Shown here one piece after another: positions 27,664 to 36,820 of a DNA stretch of 64,000 nt. The translations under genes and the position numbers were made by a program. Source of the DNA: Candidatus Parcubacteria bacterium (GTDB lineage Bacteria; Patescibacteriota; Minisyncoccia; Phycocordibacterales; JAACPR01); assembly GCA_041158505.1 (NCBI GenBank), contig JBEBBG010000009.1, positions 5,157 to 69,156 of the forward strand, written 5' to 3'. How positions within the stretch are numbered: the first letter of the stretch is position 1; every line of letters starts with the position of its first letter. The notes under the pieces were generated by a model. The model was not told the DNA's origin. It saw only the letters and a list, made by a program, of their open reading frames with translations, and did not search any database.

Positions 27664-28044
27664 ATGCGTATTCAAGGTATTACACTTCCAGATAACAAGC
27701 GAATGGAGATCGCATTGACGGCGATTTTTGGCGTTGGACGCCCACTCGCGCATCAGATTCTCGACGCTGCTAAAGTCGATTACGGTAAAAAGCCGGGCGA
27801 TTTAACTGCTGACGAAGAGAACGCAATCCGAGCAATTGTTGAAGGATACCGCATTGAGGGAGACCTCAAGCGTGAAATCTCTGCAAACATTAAGCGTTTG
27901 AAGGATGTTGGTAGTTACCGAGGTAGTCGACATGCTCGACGACTTCCTGCACGAGGTCAGCGAAGCAAGACAAATAGCCGAACCGTTCGTGGAAACGTTC
28001 GAAAGACTATGGGTTCTGGCCGAAAGACCGTAGAGAAGAAGTAG
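27664..28044 (+). CDS. rpsM: 30S ribosomal protein S13
   Basis: IALTAIFGVG, EGDLKRE, YRGSRH, RGQRSKTNSRT. Confidence 0.97.
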   Translation: MRIQGITLPDNKRMEIALTAIFGVGRPLAHQILDAAKVDYGKKPGDLTADEENAIRAIVEGYRIEGDLKREISANIKRLKDVGSYRGSRHARRLPARGQRSKTNSRTVRGNVRKTMGSGRKTVEKK

Positions 28045-28057
28045 TTTTTAATACACT

Positions 28058-28483
28058 ATGGGAAAGAAACGAATCGTTAAGAAAGGAGATAAAGAACAGA
28101 CACTCAAGTCTGGCTCAACAAAAGTTTCACGAAAGAAGCTTGATCGAGGTATTCTCTACGTTCAGTCTACATACAACAACACTAAGCTACTCCTTACCGA
28201 TACACACGGTAATGCAATCGCAGCATCTTCATGTGGAGCTCTTGGTTTCCGAGGAGCAAAGAAGGGCACACCGTTTGCTGCAGCGAAGGCTGGAGAGGTG
28301 CTTTCAGAGAAGGCAGAGCTTCTCGGTCTTAAGGAGGTAGACGTTGTTGTTAAGGGTGTGGGTGCAGGCCGTGAGTCTTCAATTCGAAGCTTCGTTGCAA
28401 AGGGTGTTCAAATCCGAAACATTCGAGACATTACCCCAGTGCCGTTTAATGGACCAACTCGCCGTAAGCCACGACGCGTATAG
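28058..28483 (+). CDS. rpsK: 30S ribosomal protein S11
   Basis: STYNNT, GFRGAKKGTPFAA, DITPVPFNG. Confidence 0.97.
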   Translation: MGKKRIVKKGDKEQTLKSGSTKVSRKKLDRGILYVQSTYNNTKLLLTDTHGNAIAASSCGALGFRGAKKGTPFAAAKAGEVLSEKAELLGLKEVDVVVKGVGAGRESSIRSFVAKGVQIRNIRDITPVPFNGPTRRKPRRV

Positions 28484-28492
28484 TAATAGCAT

Positions 28493-29101
28493 ATGAAACT
28501 AGGACCTAAGTACAAAATTGCACGTCGACTTGGAGCATCTGTGTTCGAGAAAACACAGTCTCCTAAGTTTGCTCTTCGAGCAGAACGAAAAGGCCGCGAC
28601 ACACGTCGCCCAAAGAGTAAGACAAACTTCGGTATTCAGCTTCTTGAGAAGCAGCGAGTGCGCTTTACCTACTGTCTCACCGAAAAGCAATTCGCTAAGT
28701 ATGTTGGACAGGTTATCGAAAAGAAGGGAGTAAATCCTGCAGAAATGCTCTACACGTTGCTTGAGCGACGTCTCGATAACGTTGTACTACGTGCTGGTCT
28801 CGCACCAACTCGCATGGCAGCACGTCAGCTTGTTTCTCATGGTCACATTACCGTCAACGGTAAAAAGATGACAATTCCATCGTACCTTGTACACGTTGGT
28901 GATGTCGTTGCTATTCGTGAAGGAAGCAAGCAGAAGACCGTATTTGCAGAGCTCGATGAAAAGATGAAGGATGTTACTTTCCCAACATGGTTTTCAGTAC
29001 AGCAGGCAAAGAAGGAAATCACTATCACCGGAGCTCCGGTGTACGTGTCAACCGACCTGGCGTTTGATCTCCAGACGGTAATCCAGTTCTACAAACGCTA
29101 A
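28493..29101 (+). CDS. rpsD: 30S ribosomal protein S4
   Basis: GPKYKIARRLG, QLLEKQ, LERRLDNVV, ARQLVSHGH. Confidence 0.97.
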   Translation: MKLGPKYKIARRLGASVFEKTQSPKFALRAERKGRDTRRPKSKTNFGIQLLEKQRVRFTYCLTEKQFAKYVGQVIEKKGVNPAEMLYTLLERRLDNVVLRAGLAPTRMAARQLVSHGHITVNGKKMTIPSYLVHVGDVVAIREGSKQKTVFAELDEKMKDVTFPTWFSVQQAKKEITITGAPVYVSTDLAFDLQTVIQFYKR

Positions 29102-29103
29102 TC

Positions 29104-29132
29104 TTGCCTAAGTGTCAAGGTTAGGGTACTAT
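29104..29132 (+). promoter_or_regulatory. Internal promoter upstream of rpoA
   Basis: TTGCCT-17 nt-TACTAT. Confidence 0.5.
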
Positions 29133-29173
29133 AGGAGTCCTACAAGCAACCGTTAGCAGTAATTCAAAAAGGT

Positions 29174-30136
29174 ATGTCTGATCAGAACATCGCGTTGCCA
29201 TCAAAGCCAAAGATCGTTAGCGAGGAAGGGCAGCGAGGCGTATACGAAATTGAAGGTTTGTTTCCAGGGTACGGGCACACGCTCGGTAACTCTCTTCGAC
29301 GCATTATTCTTTCATCATTGCCAGGAGCAGCGATTACCCAGATTAAAATCAAGGGTGTCAATCACGAGTTCTCAGCAGTGCCGGGCATTAAAGAAGACGT
29401 CATTACTATCTTGCTCAATGTCAAAAAGATTCGATTGAGCCTAGATAGCGACGAGGCACAAACTATTCGCATTAAGGTTAAAGGAACAAAAGATGTAACC
29501 GCAGGTGACATCGAAGCTCCTTCACAGGTGACTATCATGAACAAGGATCTCCACTTGTTTAGCGTTACCGATAAAAATGCTGACGTTGATGTGGAGATGG
29601 TTGTTGAGCGTGGTCTTGGCTACGTTCCAAAAGAGTTGATGCACCGAGAGCGTGTTGAAGTTGGTAGCATCGCACTTGATGCAATCTTTACTCCAATTCG
29701 ACGAGTATTCTACGAAATTGAAAACATGCGTGTTGGCGATCGAACAGACTTCAACCGACTTCGAATTACTATCGAGACCGATGGTACCATCACACCAAAG
29801 CGAGCACTTGAACGATCAATCGAGACCATGATTGCACAGCTCAAGGCAATTGTTGGCTTCAAGGAGGAGCTCGAACTCGAGGAGCAGGTTCAGGCTAAGG
29901 CCGCACCAGCACCATCTGTTGATGCTACTGACATGGAAGATTTCCTCAAGACACGTATTGAGTCACTCGACCTTTCAGCACGAACAGCAAATGCACTTGA
30001 GAACGCAGGTATCCGAACAGTAGGAGGTCTTGCTCGAAAGAAAGAGGAGGACATTCTTGAGCTCGAGGGTCTTGGAGACAAAGGACTCCAGGAAATCAAG
30101 CGAATCCTTGGCGATAAGGGTATTATTCTCAAGTAA
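29174..30136 (+). CDS. rpoA: RNA polymerase alpha subunit
   Basis: GYGHTLGNSLRRIILSSLPG, RVGDRTDFNRL, alpha-CTD LSARTANAL. Confidence 0.98.
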   Translation: MSDQNIALPSKPKIVSEEGQRGVYEIEGLFPGYGHTLGNSLRRIILSSLPGAAITQIKIKGVNHEFSAVPGIKEDVITILLNVKKIRLSLDSDEAQTIRIKVKGTKDVTAGDIEAPSQVTIMNKDLHLFSVTDKNADVDVEMVVERGLGYVPKELMHRERVEVGSIALDAIFTPIRRVFYEIENMRVGDRTDFNRLRITIETDGTITPKRALERSIETMIAQLKAIVGFKEELELEEQVQAKAAPAPSVDATDMEDFLKTRIESLDLSARTANALENAGIRTVGGLARKKEEDILELEGLGDKGLQEIKRILGDKGIILK

Positions 30137-30177
30137 CGCTTTACAGTAACGATAAAGTACGGTAGGTTAGTTGGACT

Positions 30178-30534
30178 ATGAAGCATCACAAGAAACAGCG
30201 AAAATTCGGACGAGAGAGCAATCAGCGCATTGCGCTCATGCGTTCACTTGCACGAAACCTGATTCGTGATGAGGCTATTACTACAACCGAAGCAAAGGCG
30301 AAGGAACTTCGACCATACGTTGAGGAACTTGTAACCAAGGCTCGAGTAGCATCAGTTGCAACGCGCCGACTTATTACTGCTCGACTTGGCGGTGATGATG
30401 ATCTCGCAAAAAAGCTCATCGAAGATATCGCGCCACAGTACGCAACTCGACCGGGTGGATACACTCGTATTACCAAGCTTCCGCTTCGTCAGAATGACGC
30501 TGCAAAGATGGCGCATATTGAATTTGTAAAGTAG
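30178..30534 (+). CDS. rplQ: 50S ribosomal protein L17
   Basis: ITTTEAKAKELR, RPGGYTRI. Confidence 0.97.
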   Translation: MKHHKKQRKFGRESNQRIALMRSLARNLIRDEAITTTEAKAKELRPYVEELVTKARVASVATRRLITARLGGDDDLAKKLIEDIAPQYATRPGGYTRITKLPLRQNDAAKMAHIEFVK

Positions 30535-30538
30535 GTAT

Positions 30539-30880
30539 ATGAAAGAAATTAACGCACAAGGAAAGAGCTTGGGACGAGTCGCATCAGAAGCGGCAAAAAT
30601 GCTCATGGGCAAGGACAGCGCAGCGTATGAACCTCACCTCGTACAGGGTAATGGTGTACACATCGTAAATGCAGCACAGGTTGCAATGACCGAAAAGAAG
30701 CTCAAGCAGAAGCAGTACGGTCGCTACACTGGCTACCCAGGAGGTCTTAAGTTCCAAACACTCGAGCAGCTTGTGGCACGAAAAGGATACGCAGAAGCAT
30801 TCCGAAAAGCAGTCTACGGCATGCTCCCAGACAACAAGCTCCGCGCCCGCTTAATGAAGCAGCTAAAGGTAACCGAGTAA
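30539..30880 (+). CDS. rplM: 50S ribosomal protein L13 (short form)
   Basis: LGRVAS, YTGYPGG, AVYGMLP; 113 aa. Confidence 0.95.
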   Translation: MKEINAQGKSLGRVASEAAKMLMGKDSAAYEPHLVQGNGVHIVNAAQVAMTEKKLKQKQYGRYTGYPGGLKFQTLEQLVARKGYAEAFRKAVYGMLPDNKLRARLMKQLKVTE

Positions 30881-30887
30881 TACACGT

Positions 30888-31295
30888 ATGGCAAAAGCAT
30901 CTGATCAAAAATATATTGAAGGAGTAGGACGACGAAAGACAGCCGTTGCTCGTGTACGTCTTACACCAGCAGCAAAAAGCTCATACAAAGTTAATGGTAT
31001 GGCACTTGCAGACTACTTCACGACTCTATCACTCCAGAAGACCGCAGAGGCAGCATTTGCAGCGCTTGAGGGAGCAAATCACTACGAGGTAACCGTACAG
31101 GTACTTGGTGGCGGTAAGGCAGCACAAGCAGAGAGTATGCGACTTGGTGTTGCGCGAGCACTTGTTTCAGAGAATGAGACTACTCGTAAGCTCTTGAAGC
31201 CAAAGGGATTCCTTAAGCGTGATCCTCGCAGCAAGGAACGAAAGAAGTTCGGTCTCAAGAAGGCCCGCAAGGCAGCACAGTGGAGCAAGCGATAG
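30888..31295 (+). CDS. rpsI: 30S ribosomal protein S9
   Basis: GRRKTAVARV, GGGKAAQA, ERKKFGLKKARKAAQWSKR. Confidence 0.97.
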   Translation: MAKASDQKYIEGVGRRKTAVARVRLTPAAKSSYKVNGMALADYFTTLSLQKTAEAAFAALEGANHYEVTVQVLGGGKAAQAESMRLGVARALVSENETTRKLLKPKGFLKRDPRSKERKKFGLKKARKAAQWSKR

Positions 31296-31351
31296 TCTTG
31301 CTGGTGGATTATTGGCAGTAACCGTGTCGTACATCGTACGCACTTCTACCT

Positions 31352-31936
31352 ATGTCAGATACACTACAAACCCCAGACGATATGCAGGAAGATATTGTTG
31401 TTGATGCAGACAACGTGTCTGATTACGACCTTTCTGATGACACATCACCGGAAGACGTGGTGCGAAAGCTCAAACAAGACCTCAAGGTCTGTAAGCAAGA
31501 ACGTCAGGAGTACCTCGATGGCTGGCAACGCGCTAAAGCCGATTTACTTAACGCAAAGAAACGCGCTAGCGACGATCAGATTACCTTTCTTGAGCGTGCC
31601 GGCTCTACCTTTGTTGAAGAGTTGCTGCCAGTACTCGACAGCTTTGATATGGCATTTAAAAATAAAGAAGCATGGGAGCAGGCGCCTGAGCAGTGGCGAC
31701 GAGGTGTTGAGTACATTCACACACAACTCATGAACATTGTTACCTCACGCGGTGTGCAGGTGCTTGACCCAGTAGGTAAACCTTTTAGTCATCATGAACA
31801 CCACTCTGTTCGCACGGTAGCCTCGTCACCCGAACAAGACGGCATTGTCGTTTCTGTTATTCGTAAAGGGTACAAGGTACAAGATATGGTCATTCGACCA
31901 GCAGATGTGGAGGTAGGAAGTGCAGACGCATCATAA
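31352..31936 (+). CDS. grpE: Nucleotide exchange factor GrpE
   Basis: RAKADLLNAKKR, LLPVLDSF, KGY...IRPA.V.V. Confidence 0.93.
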   Translation: MSDTLQTPDDMQEDIVVDADNVSDYDLSDDTSPEDVVRKLKQDLKVCKQERQEYLDGWQRAKADLLNAKKRASDDQITFLERAGSTFVEELLPVLDSFDMAFKNKEAWEQAPEQWRRGVEYIHTQLMNIVTSRGVQVLDPVGKPFSHHEHHSVRTVASSPEQDGIVVSVIRKGYKVQDMVIRPADVEVGSADAS

Positions 31937-32019
31937 ATCGCACTTCTTTACAGGGCTTCTCGAACATTTTATAATTCCGAAGCTCTAGCACTTTATTCGG
32001 CTAACGATTCACTACACGT

Positions 32020-33909
32020 ATGGGAAAAATCATTGGTATCGACCTTGGAACAACTAACTCTGCAATTGCGTTTGTAGAGGGTGGAGAACCAGTCATCATT
32101 GAAAATGCAGAAGGTAACCGCACCACACCGTCAATTGTTGCAATCGCAAAAAACGGTGAGCGCCTCGTAGGATTGTCTGCAAAACGACAGTCAGTCACAA
32201 ACCCAAGCAACACCGTCTTTGGTGTAAAGCGATTCATCGGACACGCGTACGATGAGGCGTCGGTAGCGAAGGATAAAGAAACAATTCCATATAGCATCAG
32301 TAAAGCAGACAACGGCGGTGTGCTCATTTGCATGAATGACGCTGACTACCGACCAGAAGAGGTGTCTGCAATGATTCTCCAGAAGCTCAAGGCAGACGCA
32401 GAAGCACGACTCGGTGAACCAGTTACTGAGGCGGTTATTACGGTGCCTGCATACTTTAACGACTCACAGCGGCAAGCAACCAAAGATGCGGGAAAAATCG
32501 CAGGTCTCGAGGTAAAGCGAATCATCAACGAACCAACCGCAGCTGCGCTTGCGTACGGTTTCAACACAAAGAAAGATCAGCAGATTGTCGTCTTTGACCT
32601 TGGAGGCGGAACGTTCGACGTTTCAGTGCTCGAAGTTGCTGACGATGTTATTGAGGTAAAGGCAACCGGTGGTGACAGCCACCTTGGTGGTAAAGACCTC
32701 GACCAGAAGATTATTAAGTGGATTGTAACTGAATTCAAGAAGCAATCAGGCATCGATGTATCAGGAGATCCGCTTGCAATGCAGCGACTCTACGAAGAAG
32801 CAGAAAAGGCGAAGATTGAGCTCTCTTCATCACTCCAGACTGAAATCAACATTCCATTTATTACCTCAGGCCCAAATGGTCCAGAGCACCTTGCACTCAA
32901 GCTCACTCGCGCAACCTTGAACGAAATCGCGCAGGAGTTTATTGACCGCGCAATTGATATCACCAAGCGAACGCTCGAGGATTCACCATTTGGTATCAGC
33001 GATATCGACGAAATCATCCTTGTTGGTGGACAGACACGTATGCCACTCGTACAGGAGCGCGTAAAGGAATTCTTTGGTAAAGAGCCAAACAAATCAATCA
33101 ACCCGGACGAAGTGGTTGCTCTTGGTGCGGCACTTCAGGGAGGTATTCTTCAGGGTGACGTGAAAGATGTGCTCTTGCTCGATGTTATTCCACTTTCACT
33201 CGGCATCGAGACACTCGGCGGTGTTGCGACGAAGCTTATTGAGAAGAACACCACTATTCCAGCCACGAAGTCACAGGTCTTCTCAACTGCTGCAGACAAT
33301 CAAACGCAAGTAGAGATTCATGTGGTACAAGGAGAACGGGCAATGGCAGCAGACAACAAGTCGCTCGGCCGTTTTATTCTCGATGGTATTCCACCAGCAC
33401 CACGAGGTATGCCACAAGTCGAGGTAAGCTTTGACGTCGATGCAAACGGTATCCTTAAGGTAACTGCTAAAGACAAAGCGAGTGGTAAAGAGCAGTCAAT
33501 TCGAATTGAGGCGAGCTCAGGACTCTCGGATGCAGATATCAAGCGAATGCAGGATGATGCAGCCGCACACGCTGCAGAAGATGCAAAAAAGAAAGAGCTC
33601 ATTGATCTTCGCAATACCGCAGATCAGCTCATCTACACCACAGAGAAAGCGGTCGCAGACGCAGGAGACAAAGTTCCGGCAGATGTAAAGTCTGGTATTG
33701 AAGCTAGGCTTAGCGCGCTCAAAGAAGCTAAAGACAAAGATAATGTCGAAGCAATCAAGACTGCGCAAACCGAACTCTCAAACGAAATTCAGAAAATTGG
33801 TCAGTACATGAATCAGCAGGCAACACCTGAGCAAGGCGCTGCACCAGAAGAGCCTGGTATTCGTGATGCCGAAGTAGAAGACACGCCAGGAGACAGCGAC
33901 GGGAAGTAA
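32020..33909 (+). CDS. dnaK: Chaperone DnaK
   Basis: [35 protein letters not shown]. Confidence 0.98.
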   Translation: MGKIIGIDLGTTNSAIAFVEGGEPVIIENAEGNRTTPSIVAIAKNGERLVGLSAKRQSVTNPSNTVFGVKRFIGHAYDEASVAKDKETIPYSISKADNGGVLICMNDADYRPEEVSAMILQKLKADAEARLGEPVTEAVITVPAYFNDSQRQATKDAGKIAGLEVKRIINEPTAAALAYGFNTKKDQQIVVFDLGGGTFDVSVLEVADDVIEVKATGGDSHLGGKDLDQKIIKWIVTEFKKQSGIDVSGDPLAMQRLYEEAEKAKIELSSSLQTEINIPFITSGPNGPEHLALKLTRATLNEIAQEFIDRAIDITKRTLEDSPFGISDIDEIILVGGQTRMPLVQERVKEFFGKEPNKSINPDEVVALGAALQGGILQGDVKDVLLLDVIPLSLGIETLGGVATKLIEKNTTIPATKSQVFSTAADNQTQVEIHVVQGERAMAADNKSLGRFILDGIPPAPRGMPQVEVSFDVDANGILKVTAKDKASGKEQSIRIEASSGLSDADIKRMQDDAAAHAAEDAKKKELIDLRNTADQLIYTTEKAVADAGDKVPADVKSGIEARLSALKEAKDKDNVEAIKTAQTELSNEIQKIGQYMNQQATPEQGAAPEEPGIRDAEVEDTPGDSDGK

Positions 33910-33915
33910 CCTCGC

Positions 33916-34806
33916 ATGGGAAAGGACTACTACAGCACCCTTGGCATAAGCAAGAGCGCGTCTCAGGACGAGATTAAAAAAGCATTTCGAAAACTTGCAC
34001 AGCAGCACCACCCCGACAAACCAGGTGGCGATGAAGCAAAGTTTAAAGAAATTAACGAGGCATACGGCATTCTTGGTGATGCCAAGAAACGTGCCCAGTA
34101 CGATCAGTTTGGTAGCACTGGTAACTTTGGTGGTGGTCAGCAGGGAGGTTTCGGTGGATTTGGAGGATTTGATTTCAGCAACTTTGCACAAGGATTTGGT
34201 GGGCAAGGAGGCAACGTTGAGTTTGATTTAAACGACCTCTTTGGTTCAATCTTTGGAGGTGGGCGTGGCGGACGTCGTGTCCCACGCGGTCGAGATATCG
34301 TCATTGATGTTTCGATTTCATTCAAAGAATCTATCTTGGGTGTAAAAAAGACCGTAACGGTTGACCGTGAGAAAGGTGGCAAGGAAGAAATCACCTTCAC
34401 CATTCCTCCAGGGATCGACAACGGCGAAATGCTTCGCATGAACGGAAAGGGTGAACCAATTGAAGGTGGCACTCCAGGAAACTTGTACGTTCGTGTTCAT
34501 GTTGATCCGCACAAAACACTTCGCAAAGAAGGCATCCACCTCATCATGCGTCTGCCGGTAAAGCTCACCGATGCAATCTTGGGAGCAAAAGTAGACATCG
34601 ATACACTCGATGAAGAGAAGTTTGTGCTCAAAATACCAAAAGGTATTACGCACGGAGAGATACTTCGTGTTCGAGGCAAAGGCGTTCCAATGCCAGCACG
34701 TGGCGGTTCTGGAGATCTCCTTATTCAGGTTGAAGTTCCGACACCAACCAACCTCTCTGGTAAAGCAAAGAAAGCGATCGAAACATTGCAAGAAGAGGGA
34801 TACTAA
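33916..34806 (+). CDS. dnaJ: DnaJ family chaperone lacking the Zn-finger domain
   Basis: J domain with HPD, G/F-rich linker, C-terminal domain; no CxxCxGxG repeats. Confidence 0.9.
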   Translation: MGKDYYSTLGISKSASQDEIKKAFRKLAQQHHPDKPGGDEAKFKEINEAYGILGDAKKRAQYDQFGSTGNFGGGQQGGFGGFGGFDFSNFAQGFGGQGGNVEFDLNDLFGSIFGGGRGGRRVPRGRDIVIDVSISFKESILGVKKTVTVDREKGGKEEITFTIPPGIDNGEMLRMNGKGEPIEGGTPGNLYVRVHVDPHKTLRKEGIHLIMRLPVKLTDAILGAKVDIDTLDEEKFVLKIPKGITHGEILRVRGKGVPMPARGGSGDLLIQVEVPTPTNLSGKAKKAIETLQEEGY

Positions 34807-34877
34807 ACGTACCTACCACCGCAGTTCTGCACAGGAGGTATTTTTATGATTACTGTGCACACCGTATACTATACGTA

Positions 34878-35348
34878 ATGTTTTCAATTGGATTTCTAAC
34901 GCTCGACCTCATCATCCTAACGGTAGTATTTGTTGCGTGTGTGTTTATATCAATGACACGAGGCGAGCACGTGCTCACGCGCGCGGTGCTCATTACCTAT
35001 CCAGCAATGCTTTGCTACACACACCTTCCGTATGTGACCGTACGAGACGCTTTTGCAAACATTGCGGCGTTTATTGGTGTTTTTATCGTTCTTCATCTCC
35101 TCCTAAAACGTTTAGTTACTGCGCGCCGATCGTATACAAAAGGGAAGCAGCTCATTGATGCTATCCTCCTTGCGCTCGCAACGACGGTGACACTGCTTAC
35201 ACTCTACTATCACGTCCTACCCGTTGAGCAGCTCTACAGTTTCACCATTCCATTTGCATACCTCTTTACCACAACGCTCCCGTTTGGAGTTTGGTTGGTG
35301 ATACCGCTTGTCCTCCTCGCATTTGCAAATCGAGGCAGCCACAATTAA
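34878..35348 (+). CDS. Integral membrane hypothetical protein
   Basis: 156 aa, about five hydrophobic segments; TATACT 7 nt before ATG. Confidence 0.75.
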   Translation: MFSIGFLTLDLIILTVVFVACVFISMTRGEHVLTRAVLITYPAMLCYTHLPYVTVRDAFANIAAFIGVFIVLHLLLKRLVTARRSYTKGKQLIDAILLALATTVTLLTLYYHVLPVEQLYSFTIPFAYLFTTTLPFGVWLVIPLVLLAFANRGSHN

Positions 35349-35424
35349 TCTGCACGAACCTGCTTGCCTAAAGGGTCAAGAGATTGCCTGGTTGTTTTTT
35401 CTTTGCTAGGGTACTAGTGAATCT

Positions 35425-35694
35425 ATGCCGCCTCGTCAAATCAAGGGGCGGCGGAAGACCGAGGCGTATTGGAATCAGGGAGGACAGATTGTCAGTCGTA
35501 GGAGGCGCTATCGTCGCACCAAACGAACACGGCAAATCTCTGGCCATTCTGGAGGAACATCTTCCGAAGCGACACTGCGTCGCAAAAAGAAGAAAGTCCA
35601 GAAACCTGGAAGGAAAAATCTCCGGTACGCATCTCCGAAGCCCGCCGCACTCACAGCGCCCGAAGTTCCACCTGCACTCGTTGCAGTACTGTGA
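35425..35694 (+). CDS. Small very basic (Arg/Lys-rich) protein
   Basis: 89 aa, about 25 R+K; TTGCCT-17-TAGGGT promoter with extended TG ends 12 nt before ATG. Confidence 0.5.
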   Translation: MPPRQIKGRRKTEAYWNQGGQIVSRRRRYRRTKRTRQISGHSGGTSSEATLRRKKKKVQKPGRKNLRYASPKPAALTAPEVPPALVAVL

Positions 35695-35742
35695 ATCTCG
35701 GCGCTTTTTCTTTACTGTAGTCTGTTACAATAGTGAACGACT

Positions 35743-36780
35743 ATGACGTTCGCAAGTGCATACGTCCTCTTTTTACTTGTTGCGCTCGTTGCGACACTTT
35801 TTTTGGTGCTCACAAATACCAGACGAGCAAAACTTCCCATCAAACATATTTCTGGGTATGTACTTGGCGTTGAGCTGTTGGTGCTCGTACTCTGGAGCAT
35901 AAGTTTTGCCGCACTCTACAACGCGCCACACGGTTGGCCAACATACCTCTATGCGTGTTTCCTCTGCATCGCAAGTATCGGTGGATGGTTTTTAATTAAA
36001 GCAAGTACAGGACACGATGCTGAGCGAGCAGCGCTTCGTACTAAAGCGGCATCGCTTGGAGAAAGTAACGGCCGTCTTGCAGAAATAGATACCCAGAAAA
36101 CTGCTTTTATTTCTATCGCCTCACACCAGCTCCGGGGTCCACTGACGGCAATTCATGGACAAGTTTCAATGCTACTTGAAGGAGAGTATGGTGATGTTCC
36201 TGAACATCTACGGCAACCGCTCGAACGCGTGCAGACATCAAGTCAAACGTTGCGAACGCTCATCAATGATTTCCTTAATGTCGCACTCCTTGAACAGGGA
36301 AGATTACAGTACGTTATTGCACCGTTCGATATCGTTGAGGTACTCAATCAAGCCATCACGCTGTCACGTCCTCACTTTAAAAAAGCAGGGATCGCACTTA
36401 CTCCTGTTTTTACAACAGATCATCCGATGATGGTTCTGGGCGATGCAGCAAAAACAAAAACCGTTTTTATGCAACTCCTCGATAATGCTCTCAAGTACAC
36501 ACCTGCCGGTAGTGTCACCGTTAGCATTGCGTGCAAAAATGACGATGTCATTGTCACCATTCTTGATACAGGTATTGGCATTCCCGACGAAGACAAGAAG
36601 CGCCTGTTCCAAAAATTTACACGCAGCGATGACGCAATTCATCAATCGGTGTACGGTAGCGGACTCGGCCTCTTTGTTGCAAAAGAAATGATTGAGGCAC
36701 AGCATGGCCACATCTGGTTTGAATCTGCTGGCCGCAACAAAGGATCTCGCTTTTTTGTAGCATTACCGTTGGCGCGTTAG
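35743..36780 (+). CDS. Membrane sensor histidine kinase
   Basis: 3 TMs, H-box ASHQLRGPLT, N-box LLDNALKYT, DTGIG, GSGLGL. Confidence 0.95.
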   Translation: MTFASAYVLFLLVALVATLFLVLTNTRRAKLPIKHISGYVLGVELLVLVLWSISFAALYNAPHGWPTYLYACFLCIASIGGWFLIKASTGHDAERAALRTKAASLGESNGRLAEIDTQKTAFISIASHQLRGPLTAIHGQVSMLLEGEYGDVPEHLRQPLERVQTSSQTLRTLINDFLNVALLEQGRLQYVIAPFDIVEVLNQAITLSRPHFKKAGIALTPVFTTDHPMMVLGDAAKTKTVFMQLLDNALKYTPAGSVTVSIACKNDDVIVTILDTGIGIPDEDKKRLFQKFTRSDDAIHQSVYGSGLGLFVAKEMIEAQHGHIWFESAGRNKGSRFFVALPLAR

Positions 36781-36820
36781 TCGACGAGGACTCCCGATTG
36801 GCGTATAATCCACCTACGAG

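Noticed and set aside
31985-32010. Possible CIRCE element before dnaK (CTAGCACTT)
   Set aside because: Only a left half-site; no GAGTGCTAA nine bases later and no hrcA in the window.
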